Of a DNA stretch of 64,000 bases, positions 13,523 to 30,887 are shown piece by piece. This DNA comes from the human T2T-CHM13v2.0 reference genome, Homo sapiens: NCBI RefSeq assembly GCF_009914755.1, contig NC_060926.1; one strand, 5' to 3'. The notes under the pieces were generated by a model, which was given only the letters and a program-made list of their open reading frames with translations, had not been told where the DNA came from and searched no databases. The position numbers were made by a program, and so were the translations under genes. Position 1 is the first letter of the stretch. Every line of letters starts with the position of its first letter.

Positions 13523-16500
13523 TCAGGATATTAAGCTTCTAGTCTTTACCTTGATCTTTTTCTCTTCCTGTGTTATTGTGGGGCAGAAATTGCATGTGTG
13601 TGTGTATGTGTGAAGAAAGTGTTAACTCACTTTGTGACTTGTAGTTCTAATCTTATTTTCACTGTTTAGTTAAAAAAAAAATCCCTTTCTTCCTCCAGAA
13701 GTTTTGAAGTGGATAACATAGTTTGTTTAAATGAAATTAATGAGATATGAGATATACTAGGGATAAAAATGATTCAGAGGAAAGTAATATATTTTTAAAA
13801 AGATATCTTATTCTGCAAGAAAATAAAATGTCACTAACATTCATTGAGTTTTTTAAACACAAAAGGGCACATCCATGCACATACATTCTCGCACTCGCTT
13901 GCTCGCTAACTTAAGCAAAAATAGTCTCTGAGGGAAAGAACTGCAAGAATGGTGCCAACTTCCCCAACATACCCAAGACTTACTTTATTTAGAACCTCCC
14001 ATGTGCTATTTTTTTTTTTTTTTTAAATCTCTGGAATCTCAGGGATTTTCCCATCCCTGTACATGCTTGAGACGTTTCAGAGCATGGTAACCCCCTGTTG
14101 GAATCTAACTCTAACTCTTCTGTTTTATTTTTAAAATGTGGGCAGTATTAGTATACAGGGAAGTGACTGTTCCTATGACAAAGGAGGGTGAGATTCCTAG
14201 CGTGCATGGGAATACCGCTAAAGATCACTGTCGGGTAGAGAAGCTGACACCGTGACTCACCAAGGCCTCCTTCAAAATCAAGAGATTTTAATCGAGATTT
14301 TAAGTCAAGAGCTTTCTGAGAAGGTGGGCAGAGCCATATATCACAGCATCAATAGAAAACTTAGTTCTATTTCATAGAATATTCATAAGTAACAGTAGAT
14401 CTTTGCCAAGAGCCCAAGATACAATAGATGTCTAGTCTTTTTCTGTCTTTCAAGTTTTAATAGATTCAGCAGACCTGAATTTTGATAATATATTTGTTTT
14501 TAACACAAGTAATAGCAACTTGGCTCTTTTTGTGCCAATCTGTGATAATCTCTGAAGCAATTATCCTCGTATTGTTCCTTTGCATTGTATGCATGAAACC
14601 AGTAATATATATTTAAAAGAATATCATATTTACATATTGTGTTTCTGATATAGCACACTGCTGCCTTTACAATAAAGCACAATGTGCAATTGCAGAAAAC
14701 TCCTTTTCACTTATGAACGTCTGAGTCTGAGATTCACACAAACCACACTTTTGTTAGACTCCAAAATGTGGGTGCCAAATGAATCTACTGCACTAGGCTT
14801 ATGAACACTACTGCAACTGTGCAGCCACTATTTCTCTACTGGGAGAATTGTTTCAGCAGATAAACCATCTGGCTTGAAACACAGCCCTCTTTGAAAATAT
14901 TCCCCATTATGTTAGCTCCGAAACAATGTGTACAACTATGCTCCAGTGGAGGACATGGTTAACAGAGATTCAATGTCAAACAATATCTGCTCTGTAATCT
15001 CTTGCTAAATGTAAAAAAGGAGGTAATCAAAATGCAAGATTTTAATTCTTTAAAGAGTCATTGTGAATGTGGCATAAGATGAAAAAATTCAGGAAAATAT
15101 TTAATAAGAAACTATAATAGAGTGTTTAATATAGCAACTTTTTCCTTTAAGGATCATCCATGGAAAATGTGGTTCCTTTTGCTATAAATATCATGAAGAA
15201 GGCACATTAATGCTTGTGTTCATTAATTTCCTTTTTAGTAAGGGTTTTCAAATATGAGTTGATTTTGTATGGTGAGAGAATTGTTGGGAGCCGGTATTTG
15301 TAGTTAGAGATCCTAAGTGAGCTTGGGTGACTTAGTTTGACTTATGAGTCAGGAACATTATTAAAAAACTGAAACAAATGATATCAGGTAGAGAAAATTA
15401 GTATGCAGTGGCAACAGGTAATATCTGTAAACCAGCTGAAGACAGTTTGCTAGAATAGATTTTAAGAATCCAAGCCAACAATGTTACTGTTTGGGAAAGG
15501 GAAAAGAGAAAAAGGGGTTTAAAAAATACATTATCTAGATTTGAATCTATTTAGAGTGATATTAAAAGAGATTGCTTGAATTAAGTCATAAGAAAGTTAT
15601 TGCAAAATTGAGCACATCTGAATCTATCAAACCAGAAAAATCCATGGGGGAAGTGTTTGAGCCATTGGCTGGGGTGATTATAGGGAGTAGCATATTACTG
15701 AAATGAAATGAAATTTGGTTAAATCCTGGAAATTACTACAAAGTATATATAGTGAGAAAAAGCTAAGAAACTGAGCTACTTAGTCAGTTGATGGGAAAGA
15801 TTGATGCCATATGATGATAATTCCCATGAGGCAAAAAAGAAAGTGGTAGTACATGGAGAGGAAACACTGAGTTTTTCCTTCATCTCAAAATTGCCTTGTG
15901 CATCAACGATTTTCAGTGTTTTGTCTTAATTTTTATTAGATGGAATTTAGTCTTGATTACTTTGTCATTTCTTCACTCTGGGCTTAGCTATGCAAACGCA
16001 CATTTCATAACAAACATCTCAACTTTAGACTTACAAGGAACTATGCTGTTACTTTTTAGTAGTACTTTTGCAGATGAGAGAACTGAAGTCCATAGAGTTA
16101 AATCACTTTTTCTTTCCTTTTATAATTTTATTGTACTGCATAACCAAGAACTTGTATTAATCAAAGGCCTCATTGCACATGCTGTGATTTCTGAGTAATG
16201 ATGATTCCTGAGTAATGGTTTCCAATATAGGGGCCTGGTGAGCCATGTGAGTTTACTAAAGGACCCAGGAAGATTTCTGTGGAGGCCTCACCTATAAGAT
16301 GTTGTGTATACAGGGAGGAGAACAGAGGTCTGTCCCTGAGTGGAAGAAAGGCTCTTTTGAGGGTTAGGATAGCAAGCAGGGAAAAACAAACAAACAAATA
16401 TTGGGTCCTCATAATATAATTAAGTGGTGCATAGTGAGTGGAGTATATGTTAATCTGTCATTATTTATTTCTCACCGCAATAACTTTAGAAAAATTTTCA

Positions 16501-17639
16501 ACTGCCTACCACATTGGTACCAACTCAGTGACTTACAGAAAACAGAACCCACAGAAACTTAGTCCAGTCTGGTTCTACCATTGTTTCCTTGTTGAAAAGG
16601 AGGGATACATAGAGTCTCTCTGTATCCTGGGAAATACACTATACAGTCCTGGAAGCTCTGGGATTTTCAGTGCATTGACGGCCATTAGCCAGAGCAGGCA
16701 CTCTATTAAGTTATATTGTGTCTATGTTTATGACTAGGAAGTGAACTCTGGATTATGTCTCTAGCAGGAAAAGAACAATCAGCAAATTAATGTATTGGAC
16801 TTCTATGAAGTCTTCTTTGGTAAAGGTTAATTATCACTCTGATACTGTAAGGTCTGCTGCCGTGAGGAGAGTACTTAACACATGAGCTGTGTTTGCATGT
16901 CCCAGTTTCTTTTTCCTCACCAGTGAGCGAGACATACTGCCACATGGAAAGGACAGATCTTTGTTGGAGAGGAAATTGAGTTATTGTTAGACATTAAGAG
17001 CCATTTAAATTTTTAAAAACTGTCTAACCCTTCTCCTGAAATTTTATAGATTATCTCTATGTATGTGTTTATTAAATGGCCAAGGCTCTGACAAGTTTTA
17101 AAGGTTCACCAAAAATATTTAGATATCAAATAGGATTAATCTTTACTTTTTAAAAGATAAACTCCAAGTAATTTTCATTGTAAAACAGAAAGAATGGAGG
17201 ATGACTAGAATCTGGAGAGACAAATATTTGATGCTACATACATAAAATTGAACTTCTCTATGTTTTGGGTTAGCATTTTGATTGCACAACTTTTAGAATG
17301 GACAAGACAGTTATGCCCACTGATCACAGAACCAAGAATGGGATTCTGAGAAAATCTGAGTTCTTTTCCCCATAGAGCTAGGTAAGGGGGCAATGGTGAA
17401 TGATGTACTTCTTGCTGCCTTGCATATTTCTTCAGGTAGATGGTGTCTCCTGACCCTTCTAAACATGACAAAGAAAAGTCAATGCTGCAGATTCCAGTAA
17501 ATTACCTCCTATCTTAGATGAAAGAACAAGAAACTCCCTGTAATCTAAAACAGACTGTATAATCTGATGGTTATCACTGTTTATCCAAGTAAATTAAGCA
17601 ATTGTTGAAGTAAAAAAAAAAAAAAGAAAGAAACAAAAA

Positions 17640-17870
17640 CCGGCCCCACTAACTGCACTGAGGTGCCAGTGTTCAGGGCAGGTAAAGTAGATTAATAACA
17701 GGCCACTCCTGAGAAGGTTTAGGCTCTTACTGTCAGATAGTAATAATTAATGATCAACTGTTAATGGAGATACTGGGCTGTTGATGTCATTAATTCAGCT
17801 CAGTGGAGCCAGTTCTGCCCAGGACCTGCCACAGCTGTCACTGCATTTGCTTAATTATTCCAGTGCCTTC
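17640..17870. promoter_or_regulatory. Candidate homeodomain/TALE-rich developmental enhancer
   Basis: Dense TAAT/ATTA cores (17691, 17741-17754, 17761, 17788, 17851) plus two CTGTCA MEIS sites (17730, 17835) in unique sequence. Confidence 0.4.
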
Positions 17871-20800
17871 AGGCTCTTTTTCTTTCATTTTTTTTCCTTT
17901 ACGCTTTTTTCCCTTACTAACTATAGGACATTATGTTTTCACTGACGCAGAATTATGAAGAGCATGCTGCTTTCTGGGCAGTGCCAAGCCTAAAATACGT
18001 GAAAACCCAAAGGCAACAGAGGAGACCGTCACTTTTTACTTAGATGAAATGATGGAAAATGCTGAAGAAAGGCCATCTTTAAATAGCTTGATTGTGCTGA
18101 TATAATTTTTGAGTTCTTTAAGGATTTGGATGTCGAAAGTGAACTCTGAGCTGTGTAAAATGTCAAAGTGCTCACCCTCTCCCACAATCAAACAAAGAGA
18201 ATATAGAAAAAGTGGCGCAAGAGTGTTGGTAAAACACAAGGCCGTACAATCATTCATCCAAGAGGGAACCAGAAAGTTAGCTTTGCTGGGAAGATTGAGG
18301 CAAGGAAAACCATGGTGAGGGAAATGCCACTACTGTTAAAATTCAGCTGTAGGAGTACATGAATTTGCCTGCTGTGCTTTCAGAACCTTCTTGCATTTCT
18401 TTAGCTTTGTGTCTCTTTTATCTATCACACTGCTTTTAGTTTTAAGAAAACCACTCTTTGCTTTGTAAACATCATTTGAATCTTTCTCCCCTGGCTTGAC
18501 CTGGTAATCACTATACTGTTTTCTAATTGGAATGAGGTGTTTATTTGGCTTTTCAAAGACCACCCCCCCCCCCAACCCCTGCAGCCCTGCCACCTTTCAA
18601 GAACTTAATTTTTAAAAACTAGTTCCTTGGTTTTTAGGTATATATTTCTAGTTCTGATGTGTTAAACTAGTCCAATGTGTCTTGAGCTTCCATGCTGGAA
18701 TGCTGCTTGACTCTCTTCCAAACTGAAGTGCTTAAAAAATGTGAGGCACTACAACTATTTTAAATCTCTCTCTACGCTGCACATGGTGATTTAAAATAAT
18801 TGAAGCTCTTCAAATTTTTATATGCTCTCAAATTTGGAAGTGATTGGTTCTGAGCATGTGCAGTACACAATGATTTAAGGTTATTAGAGTCTCTCAAATT
18901 TATCATGAGTGTTTCAGCTTGTGAGTGATAGGGGAACCTGGACTTTGGCAGCTAAAAATAATTTAAAAATTATCATTACACTCTGATGTTATAGAGGTGA
19001 TCAGAATTCTGGACACTTGTGTACATTTTAAAGCTCACTGTTAAAATGACTCCTTTTTTAGATGCAAAAGGTAGTATTAGCCCACCAGAAGATGCATTTA
19101 AATAAACCACCTAAAATGCACCATAACAGAATTTTACTTTCACTGACACATTCCCCATTGATGACCTGAATAGGATCATGATTTTAAAGCCAAATGCTCA
19201 AATTTGGCAAGAAAAAGAACTGTTGTCTTCTAGCCCAATCATAACAAAGATATGTATTCAGTAAAAATACCTGACACGTTCTGGTGACAACACATAGAAC
19301 CTATAGTCTGTCCTCATAAATTATACCATTTTTTGCTTTAAAGGACAAGGGGCTTTTGAACTACTACATAAATGATCACTTCTAATACATGGCTAAATTA
19401 GTTTTTTATTTAAATATTCCAAATAAAGTGCTTTTATTAAAGGTTATTAAACTTAAAAATGTGTATTTTATCCTCTCTTAGATGAAATATATGTGTTCAT
19501 TTCTTAAGCCTTCTGTTTGCTTTGGTGGATGTTGAACCAAGCACAAAGAAAGGTACTTACTTATGAAATGTACAAGATAGAATACTCAGATGATTTACTT
19601 GGTCACTTGATGGTCACTTAACATTCCTTAGATCTTTTACCAAAGGATATTCTCTGAGCGGGAGCAGGAATATTTAAACTTTTGCTGAGTGCCCTGATGC
19701 CAGGATTCTAACATGTAAGGTAGATTTATGGTTCAAAGATAATATTATATAAGAAGAAATCCAGTCATTAAGAAGTCAGCTAAAATTCTTAACATGTTTT
19801 GTTTGTACCTTTGAAAGCCACATGGATGCTCTTTTACTTGATTTAAATGAAAGTGACAAAGGTGAAATTCCAGCACATTTCTCAGTCACTTCCCTTCCTC
19901 AGTAAATGTTTTCATTTTGATAAAAATTAGGATAAGTTGATTATGGATTTTATTTTTTTTAACCAAAACCTGGAGTTGGAGTTTGAAGTATTCTGGCACA
20001 TGAAAACCATCTGATCTTATAAACTAGCTTTATAAATCCCCATATTTTTAATAGGGCAGAAATTTAACAGGATTAGAAATAGAAAATGCTAATAATAGAA
20101 ACTATGTTGTATTTGGGATTTCTGTAACCCTGGGGATTTAGGGCTGTGAACTATGTAAAGTTCCACATTTGGTATAGCAGTCAACCTTTGCCCTCCAATT
20201 TATTATTAGTTTTTAAAGTTTGAAAAATTTTCTTATGTTTATGTATTTTTAGTCTCCAGTATTACTTTGCTCGTTTGTGCTGAATTTTGACAGGCAGAAA
20301 AACAATCTAGGCGAGCTTGTTCAATTTTTTGTGGCTGTGCTAAATTAAGAACATGTCATGTCAGTGGACTAGCGTTATGCTATTAAATAATTGAATTAAT
20401 CTTTATTTAGGTCACAGGTAGAATGAGTATAATCTTTGCTGAACACGGAAGAATGCCTGGAAATTGCCTACTCCCAAAACATAGTTACACCAAAACGAAG
20501 TTTGTGCTTTTAGCTCTATCAGTTTGAAGTCCTTGGAAATGGGAAAAGTTACTTGGAAAGACTAACCTACTGTTTGAGAGTTAGTTCAGTAGACCAATTC
20601 AAGTAAACATCTTGTATGTATTGATATGACTTTAAAAATAAAGAATGCCATTATTCCATATTTTAGTATTGCCTGCAGGGATAGCTGTTATAGTTTCTGA
20701 AACAATAAGAACATGAGTTACCATTAAAAAAAATAGCACACAGAATACACAACCCTTGGCCTTGAGAGACTGTTAAGGAGGTTTCTCAGGTTAAAACTCA

Positions 20801-20969
20801 ATGTCCTTTTCAATTGCTTTGCAGTTTTATAGAAAGATCAGCTTAGTAAATCTTTTTCTATCACATATAAAATAGATCCCAGGAAGAACAAAAGGGATAA
20901 TTAAAAACACCCTGAAACATAAAACTCGAAGCATGATATATGTGTTTGTTGTGTAGGTGTAAAAATATT

Positions 20970-21300
20970 TTTAATTTAAAAATTCTAAGAGAAATGATTA
21001 ATACATTTGATTTCAAAGCAGTGAAGAGAAAAAGCCACTTCTGTACATCAAAAATAGCAAAATTGAAATACAAACAATAAGAAATATTTCTATAGATATC
21101 ACAGCTGAGTTAATATCTATAATACAAAAATATCTAAATATATATAAAAGAATTAACACCTTAGTAGATAAAGAGGAAGGGGTAAAAAATGGACGGTGAA
21201 AATAAAAATAGTTAAATTTATGAAAATAAGATATAATGAAATGGACTGTATTTAATATAAAATGAATAGGTTGAGATTAATATAATTATAAAATTTCTTA
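20970..21300 (+). mobile_element. Ancient L1 (L1M/ME) ORF2 3' fragment
   Basis: A-rich degenerate L1 sequence such as acttctgtacatcaaaa and gagttaatatctataatacaaaaa. Confidence 0.5.
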
Positions 21301-21329
21301 ATTACAAGCTGTAAACATTTAAAGAAGGC

Positions 21330-22360
21330 CGTCATTTATTAGGTACATGTTTTTGAGTCTCTGCCAGGTACTGTACTAGGTTCTGAGGATATAGCTGTGA
21401 GCAAGATGTAAATAGTATACAGCCTGGAGAAGCTTGAATCTCTGGTTGGATTACAGAAAGTTAACAGGCAAATACAGGATGGTGTGATGATCACTTTACA
21501 CCCAATCCAGACTTGGGGAGTCAGAAAAAGCCTCTCAAGGGAAGGAAGACATGGGTCCAAATGATTAGCATCATCCTTGTCTCTGCTTTTTCCCACAACC
21601 CTCATCCAAATCCCTCAGCAGACTTCTCATAACTACTTTTGAGATACACCGAGAGTCTGACCACTTTTGCATTCTTTAGTCCTATTATTCTGCCCAAGCT
21701 GCCATCACCCCTCTCCTGGATTATTGTTATAGCTTCCCACTTGGTCTCCTGCTTCCATTCTCCCAAACTATTCTGTTTTTGACACAGCCACCACTTCTGC
21801 ATTCTTTAGTCCTATTATTCTGCCCAAACTGCCCTCACTCTTCTCCTGGAACATTGTTATAGCTTCCCATTTGGTCTCCCTGCTTCCATTCTCCCAAACT
21901 ATTCTGTTTTTGACACAGCCACCAGGCACTTATAACCTGTGCCTTCTCACAATCCTGCAGAATTTCACAAGAAGACCCAGAGCCTTCTCTGATCTTCTCA
22001 ACCCTTCATGATCCACCCCAGGAGCTTGTCTTATCTGAACCATGCTATTATCATCCTCTTTCTTCTCTTCCCCAAATGCACTAAGTTATTTTATCACTTC
22101 ATGAGTTTGTACTTGCTGTCCTCTAGACTAGGAAAGCTTTTCTCTCAAATACGTGTATGACATTGCTTACTCACTCTGTCCATGTTTCTGCCCAAAGATT
22201 ACATCATCAGAAGCCTTCCTTGACACCCTGTGTAAAATGGCGGTCCATGTCTTGCTCTGTGCTTTCACTTTACTTAGCTTTTCCTTATATTATTTATCAC
22301 GTCTTGACATATTTACTATTCATTATCTGTCCCTAATGTAAGATTATTGAGATCAGGGAC
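21330..22360. mobile_element. L2 fragments (minus ~21330-21560, plus ~21570-22360)
   Basis: L2 3' end in antisense, then pyrimidine-rich sense L2 ending taagattattgagatcagggac. Confidence 0.7.
21661..21923 (+). repeat. ~131-bp tandem duplication inside L2
   Basis: Two near-identical copies of ccactt(t/c)tgcattctttagtcctattattctgccc...ttctgtttttgacacagccacc starting at 21661 and 21792. Confidence 0.95.
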
Positions 22361-22417
22361 TGTCTCACTGAGGGTTCAACCAAAGAAACAGAATCAATAG
22401 GAGTCTGCCTATGTATG

Positions 22418-22451
<34 letters not shown>

Positions 22452-22469
22452 TGTATGTATGTTTCTATC

Positions 22470-22510
<41 letters not shown>

Positions 22511-22875
22511 AGAACTGAATTGTATGATTGAGGAAGCTAGTTAAGCAAGTCTAAAATCCAAAGGGCAGCCCTTCTGAAAGAGAAGATTATGGGCTGGCTG
22601 AAACTCACAGGCAAAGGCCTATGCTGCTGCCCACAGGCAGAATTTTTTTTCCAGGAAGCTCAGTTTTGCTTTTAAGGCTTTCTGATGAACCACATTGGCC
22701 ACCCAGATTATCTGAGATGTTTTTTCTTACCTAAATTAAGTGATTATGGATTTTACTTATATCTGCAAACTCCCTTTACATCAGCATCTAAATTAGTGTT
22801 AGATCTAGATTAGTGTTGGTTAAATAACTGGAGACTCTATGCTTGCCAAACTGACCCATCAGAAAAACCATCACA
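22361..22875 (-). mobile_element. MLT2 (MLT2D-like) ERVL solo LTR
   Basis: TG...CA ends; gggttcaaccaaagaaacagaatcaatagga start and gccaaactgacccatcagaaaaaccatcaca end; internal microsatellite typical of MLT2. Confidence 0.85.
22410..22510 (+). repeat. Compound tetranucleotide STR (TATG)n-(TATC)n
   Basis: Read directly from the sequence. Confidence 0.98.
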
Positions 22876-25465
22876 TTGGAAAAACTTTATCTGCGAATCA
22901 ATAGAGCCCCAGACACACAGAGGGAATTTAACTTATTCAGAAGCATTTCTGCATAGGTCTCTGCTAGGTGCTCAGAGAATATTTGGGAAAAAGGAAGAGA
23001 ACTGGAGAGAGTCCCCTCAATGCTTTAGGTGTGAAGGAGGTGATTGGCTGCCAGGAGTAGGGAGATATAAATCTCCTTTCCTGGACACTTTTCTTCTATG
23101 AAGAAAAGAACCTGTCAAGGGAAAAGCAGTAAAGCCCCTCTTTCAGGTTCAAGTATTTCTTCTGAGGAGAAGAGGAAGCAAAATTTGTCTGCTTCTTGCG
23201 GAGGGGACAGGAGAACGGAGGGATAGGAGATGATCTCTTAGGAAACAAGCAAAATTCCATTGCTGTTAGAAATGATGAGATAGTGGAAACAAACAAACAT
23301 AAAACATCCTATCCCCAGGAGAGCAGCAGAAACCCGCCTTGGGCTCAGAATCCAGTATATATAACAATCAGAGATCTGCTACTTTTAGGGGAGAGATGGA
23401 AAACTCCCACCCAACTACAGATAAAAGGTAGAGTATTGCTGCCATGAATAGGTGGGGCAGTAATGCTGAGAGGGCCCAGGCATGGGCCTAAGACTGAGGC
23501 TGGACTGGGACAAGAGAAAACTTCCTTATCCCCATCACAGCTTGGTGCTGAATAACAAGGGACAAAACAGTTTACTACTGAGGGAGGGAACAAGGACAGG
23601 GAGAGAAACCCATATGTGGTGTAGGTCTTCACCATAGGCTGAAAGTTAATGAGAGAACAGAATCACCCAAACTCTAGTCACATCTTGACTAGATTGGCCG
23701 AAATTCCCCACACTAATCACTTTGTAGCAGAAGGAGGATGCATGCTTCCAAACATAAACCTTATTAACTACACTCTTTACTATTATTCTTGATACAATGT
23801 TTGACATTCAATAAAAAAAAAATTACAGGACACACACAAAAAAGCAAGAAAAAGCAACCCATCGTCAAGAGAGAAAACAATTGACAGAACTGGAATTAGG
23901 TATAACACAGATGTTTGAACTATCAGAAAGGGATTTGAAAATAATGACAATATGTCAGAAGCCTTGTAGAAAACATGGAGAATATGCATGAATAGTTGAG
24001 AACTTTAGCAGAGAAAATGAAACTATCGAAAATAAGGTCAAATGAGAATGCTAAAAAAAGAGAGCAAAAGAAAACAAAAAAACAAACCAGACACATGGTA
24101 TTCAAGATGAAAAGTGGCTTTGATGGACTTATCTTTAGACTGGACCTAGCTAAGGGAGGACACACTGAAGTTGAAGAAGGGACAACAGAAGGTATTCAAA
24201 ATGAAGCATAAAGAGAAAAAGGAATGAATAATAAACTTAGCATCTAAAGTCTGCACAACATCAAGTGGTGTAATGTATGTGTAATTGTAATCTTGGAGAA
24301 CAGAGAAGGAATGAGGAAGGAGGTATATTTGAAAAGATAATGGCTAAGAATTCTTTTTTAAAAAAGTAAGAGATCAAACCACAAATAGAAAAGCTTAAAT
24401 AATGCCTAGGAGGGTACATACCAAAACAGAATGAAACTAAACCAAACCACATCCAGACACATTATAGTGAATGTGCCTAAAGCCAAAGAGTAAATCTTGA
24501 CAGAAGCTAGAGAGAAAAGAAATATTACATTGAGAGGAACAAAGATAAGGATTACACCAGAATATCTGTCAGAAACTATGGAAACCAAAAGCCAATGGAT
24601 TAACATCTTTAAAGTACTAATTTAAAAACACCCACAAAACTGTCAACCCAGAATTTTATACCCAGAGAAGATATCATTCAAAAATGGAGGTGAAATAAAG
24701 ACACTTTCAGATAAGATGAAGTTCAGGAATTTATTGCCAACATGCCAGTACTACCAGAAATGTATAGAAGTTCTCTAAGAGTATGATACCAAATGGAAAC
24801 TTGTGTCTACACAAAAAAATAACAGAAGCAATGATAGAAACCAAGGTAAATTTAAAAGATTTTAAAAATATCTGTTCACTTTAGAAGATAATTGACTGCC
24901 TATAGTAATGATTTAAAAATGTATTGTGGATTCATAAGTTATGTAAAAATCAGGTGTCTGACAAATGTAACACAAAGAATGGGAAGGAGGAATTGAAAGT
25001 ATATTGCCGTAAGTTTCTTACACTAAAAATAAAATGGTATGTTATTACTTAAAAGTAGATAGTGATGAGTTTGAAATTTATATTGATATTCTATGGCAAC
25101 TCCTAAAAAAGGCATGATAAATAATTTGAGATTAAATAAAATTATGAAAAATAATTTGCTAATACAAAAAAGCAGGAAGAGAGAGAAAAGGGAAACAAAG
25201 AACAATTTGGACAAACAATGCAACTAACAAAATGACACTTTTTAAACTAACCATATCAATAATTATATCAAAAGAAAATCCTCTAAGCACTCCATTAAAA
25301 GACATTGTTAAAACAGCAGGACTCAGTTATATGCTTTCTATTAGAAACTCACTTTAATTATAAAGACACAAATAATTTAAAAGTTAAAGAATTGAAAAAT
25401 ACTATGAAAAACCCAATCAAAAGAAAGATGCAGTGGCTATAATAATATCAGATAAAGTATTTTTC

Positions 25466-29367
<3,902 letters not shown>

Positions 29368-30523
29368 GATAAAGTATTTTTCAAGGCAGGGAATATTATC
29401 AGGGATTAAAAGAAACATTGTATAATGGTAAAGGGATCAATTCATTAAGAAGACATCACCATTCTCTATATACATTTACCTAATAGTAGAGCTTCTAAAC
29501 ATATGAAGGAAAAACTGATAGACTTGAAAGGAGAAATAAAAAAATACTCAATTCATTTGGAGATGTCAATACTCTTTCCCCAATAATTGATAGAAAAATA
29601 GGGTATCAATAAAGAGAAGACATTAGGAACACTATCAACCAATTTGGCTTAATAGTCATTTTTGAACATTGTACCTAATAACAGCAGAATATGCATTATT
29701 TACAACTGGATGTATAGACCATATTGTGGGCCATAAAACAAATTTTAATCCATTTAAAAGAGCTGAAATTACACAGAGTTGATTCTGTGACCACAGTGGA
29801 ATTAAACTAGAAATCAGCAAGAGAATGTTAGATAGAATATTCCCCAAGTATTTGAAAATTAAACACCACATGTCTAAATAAATGTCTTAAAGAGGAACTC
29901 ACAAGGGAAATTAGAAAATATTATGAATTGAATGAAAATTAAAACAGAACATGTCAAAATCTGTGGGACAGAACCAAAGCAGTGATAAGAAGGAAACATG
30001 GTTTTTAAAGGCTTGGATTAGAGACTAGGAGAAGTTTCATAACAAAAATGTAAGCCTGACCTAAAGAAACTAGGAAGAGAAGAGCAGATTAATCCTAAAG
30101 TTAGCAGAAGAAAGAAAATAATAAAGATAAGAACAGAAAAGTAATAAAGAATGCCAATAAACTGAAGAGCTGGTTTTCTGAAAAGGTGAACAAATATTAT
30201 AAACCTGTAGGCAGACTTATCAAGAAATATAGAGACAAGACAAAAATTACCAATAATAGGAATGAGAGAACATCACTATAGATAATTTAGACTTTAAGAG
30301 GACAGCAAGGGATATTATGAACAATTTTATGTCAAGAAGTTTGTTAATTTAAATAAAATGATAAAATGTACAAAGTTTTCAAAGACGTTAACTGCCAAAG
30401 TTTACTTGAGAAGAAAGAGATAATTTTGATGTGTCTGTTAACTATTAAAGAAATTAAATTTATTGCTAAAACTGCCCCCAAAATAAAATGTCAATTTCTG
30501 ATAGTTTTGTTGGTGAGGTCTAC

Positions 30524-30887
30524 TGTATTAGTCCATTTTTATTCTGCTATGAAGAAATACCCAAGACTGGGTAATTTACAAAGAAAAAGAGGTTTAATGG
30601 ACTCAGTTCCACGTGGCTGGGGAGGCCTCATAATCATGGTGGAAGACAAAGGAGGAGCAAAGGCACGTCTTACATGGTGGGAGGCAAGATAGAATATGCA
30701 GGGGAACTCCCCTTTATAAAGCATTAGATCTCATGATACTTATTCACTATCATGAAAACAGCATGGGAAAAACCTGCCTCCATGATTCAATTCAAATACC
30801 TCCCACTGTGTCCCTCCCATGACATGTGGGGATTATGGGAGCTACAGTTCAAGATGAGATTTGGGTGTGGACACAGCCAAACTATCA
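30524..30887 (-). mobile_element. THE1 (THE1C-like) MaLR solo LTR
   Basis: tgtattagtccatttt...gaaatacccaagactgggtaattta...ggacacagccaaactatca; 5-bp TSD tctac/tcttc with one mismatch. Confidence 0.93.

Noticed and set aside
18599-18628. Imperfect 30-bp AT-rich palindrome
   Set aside because: Low complexity with several mismatches; no TSD or terminal inverted repeat evidence for a MITE.
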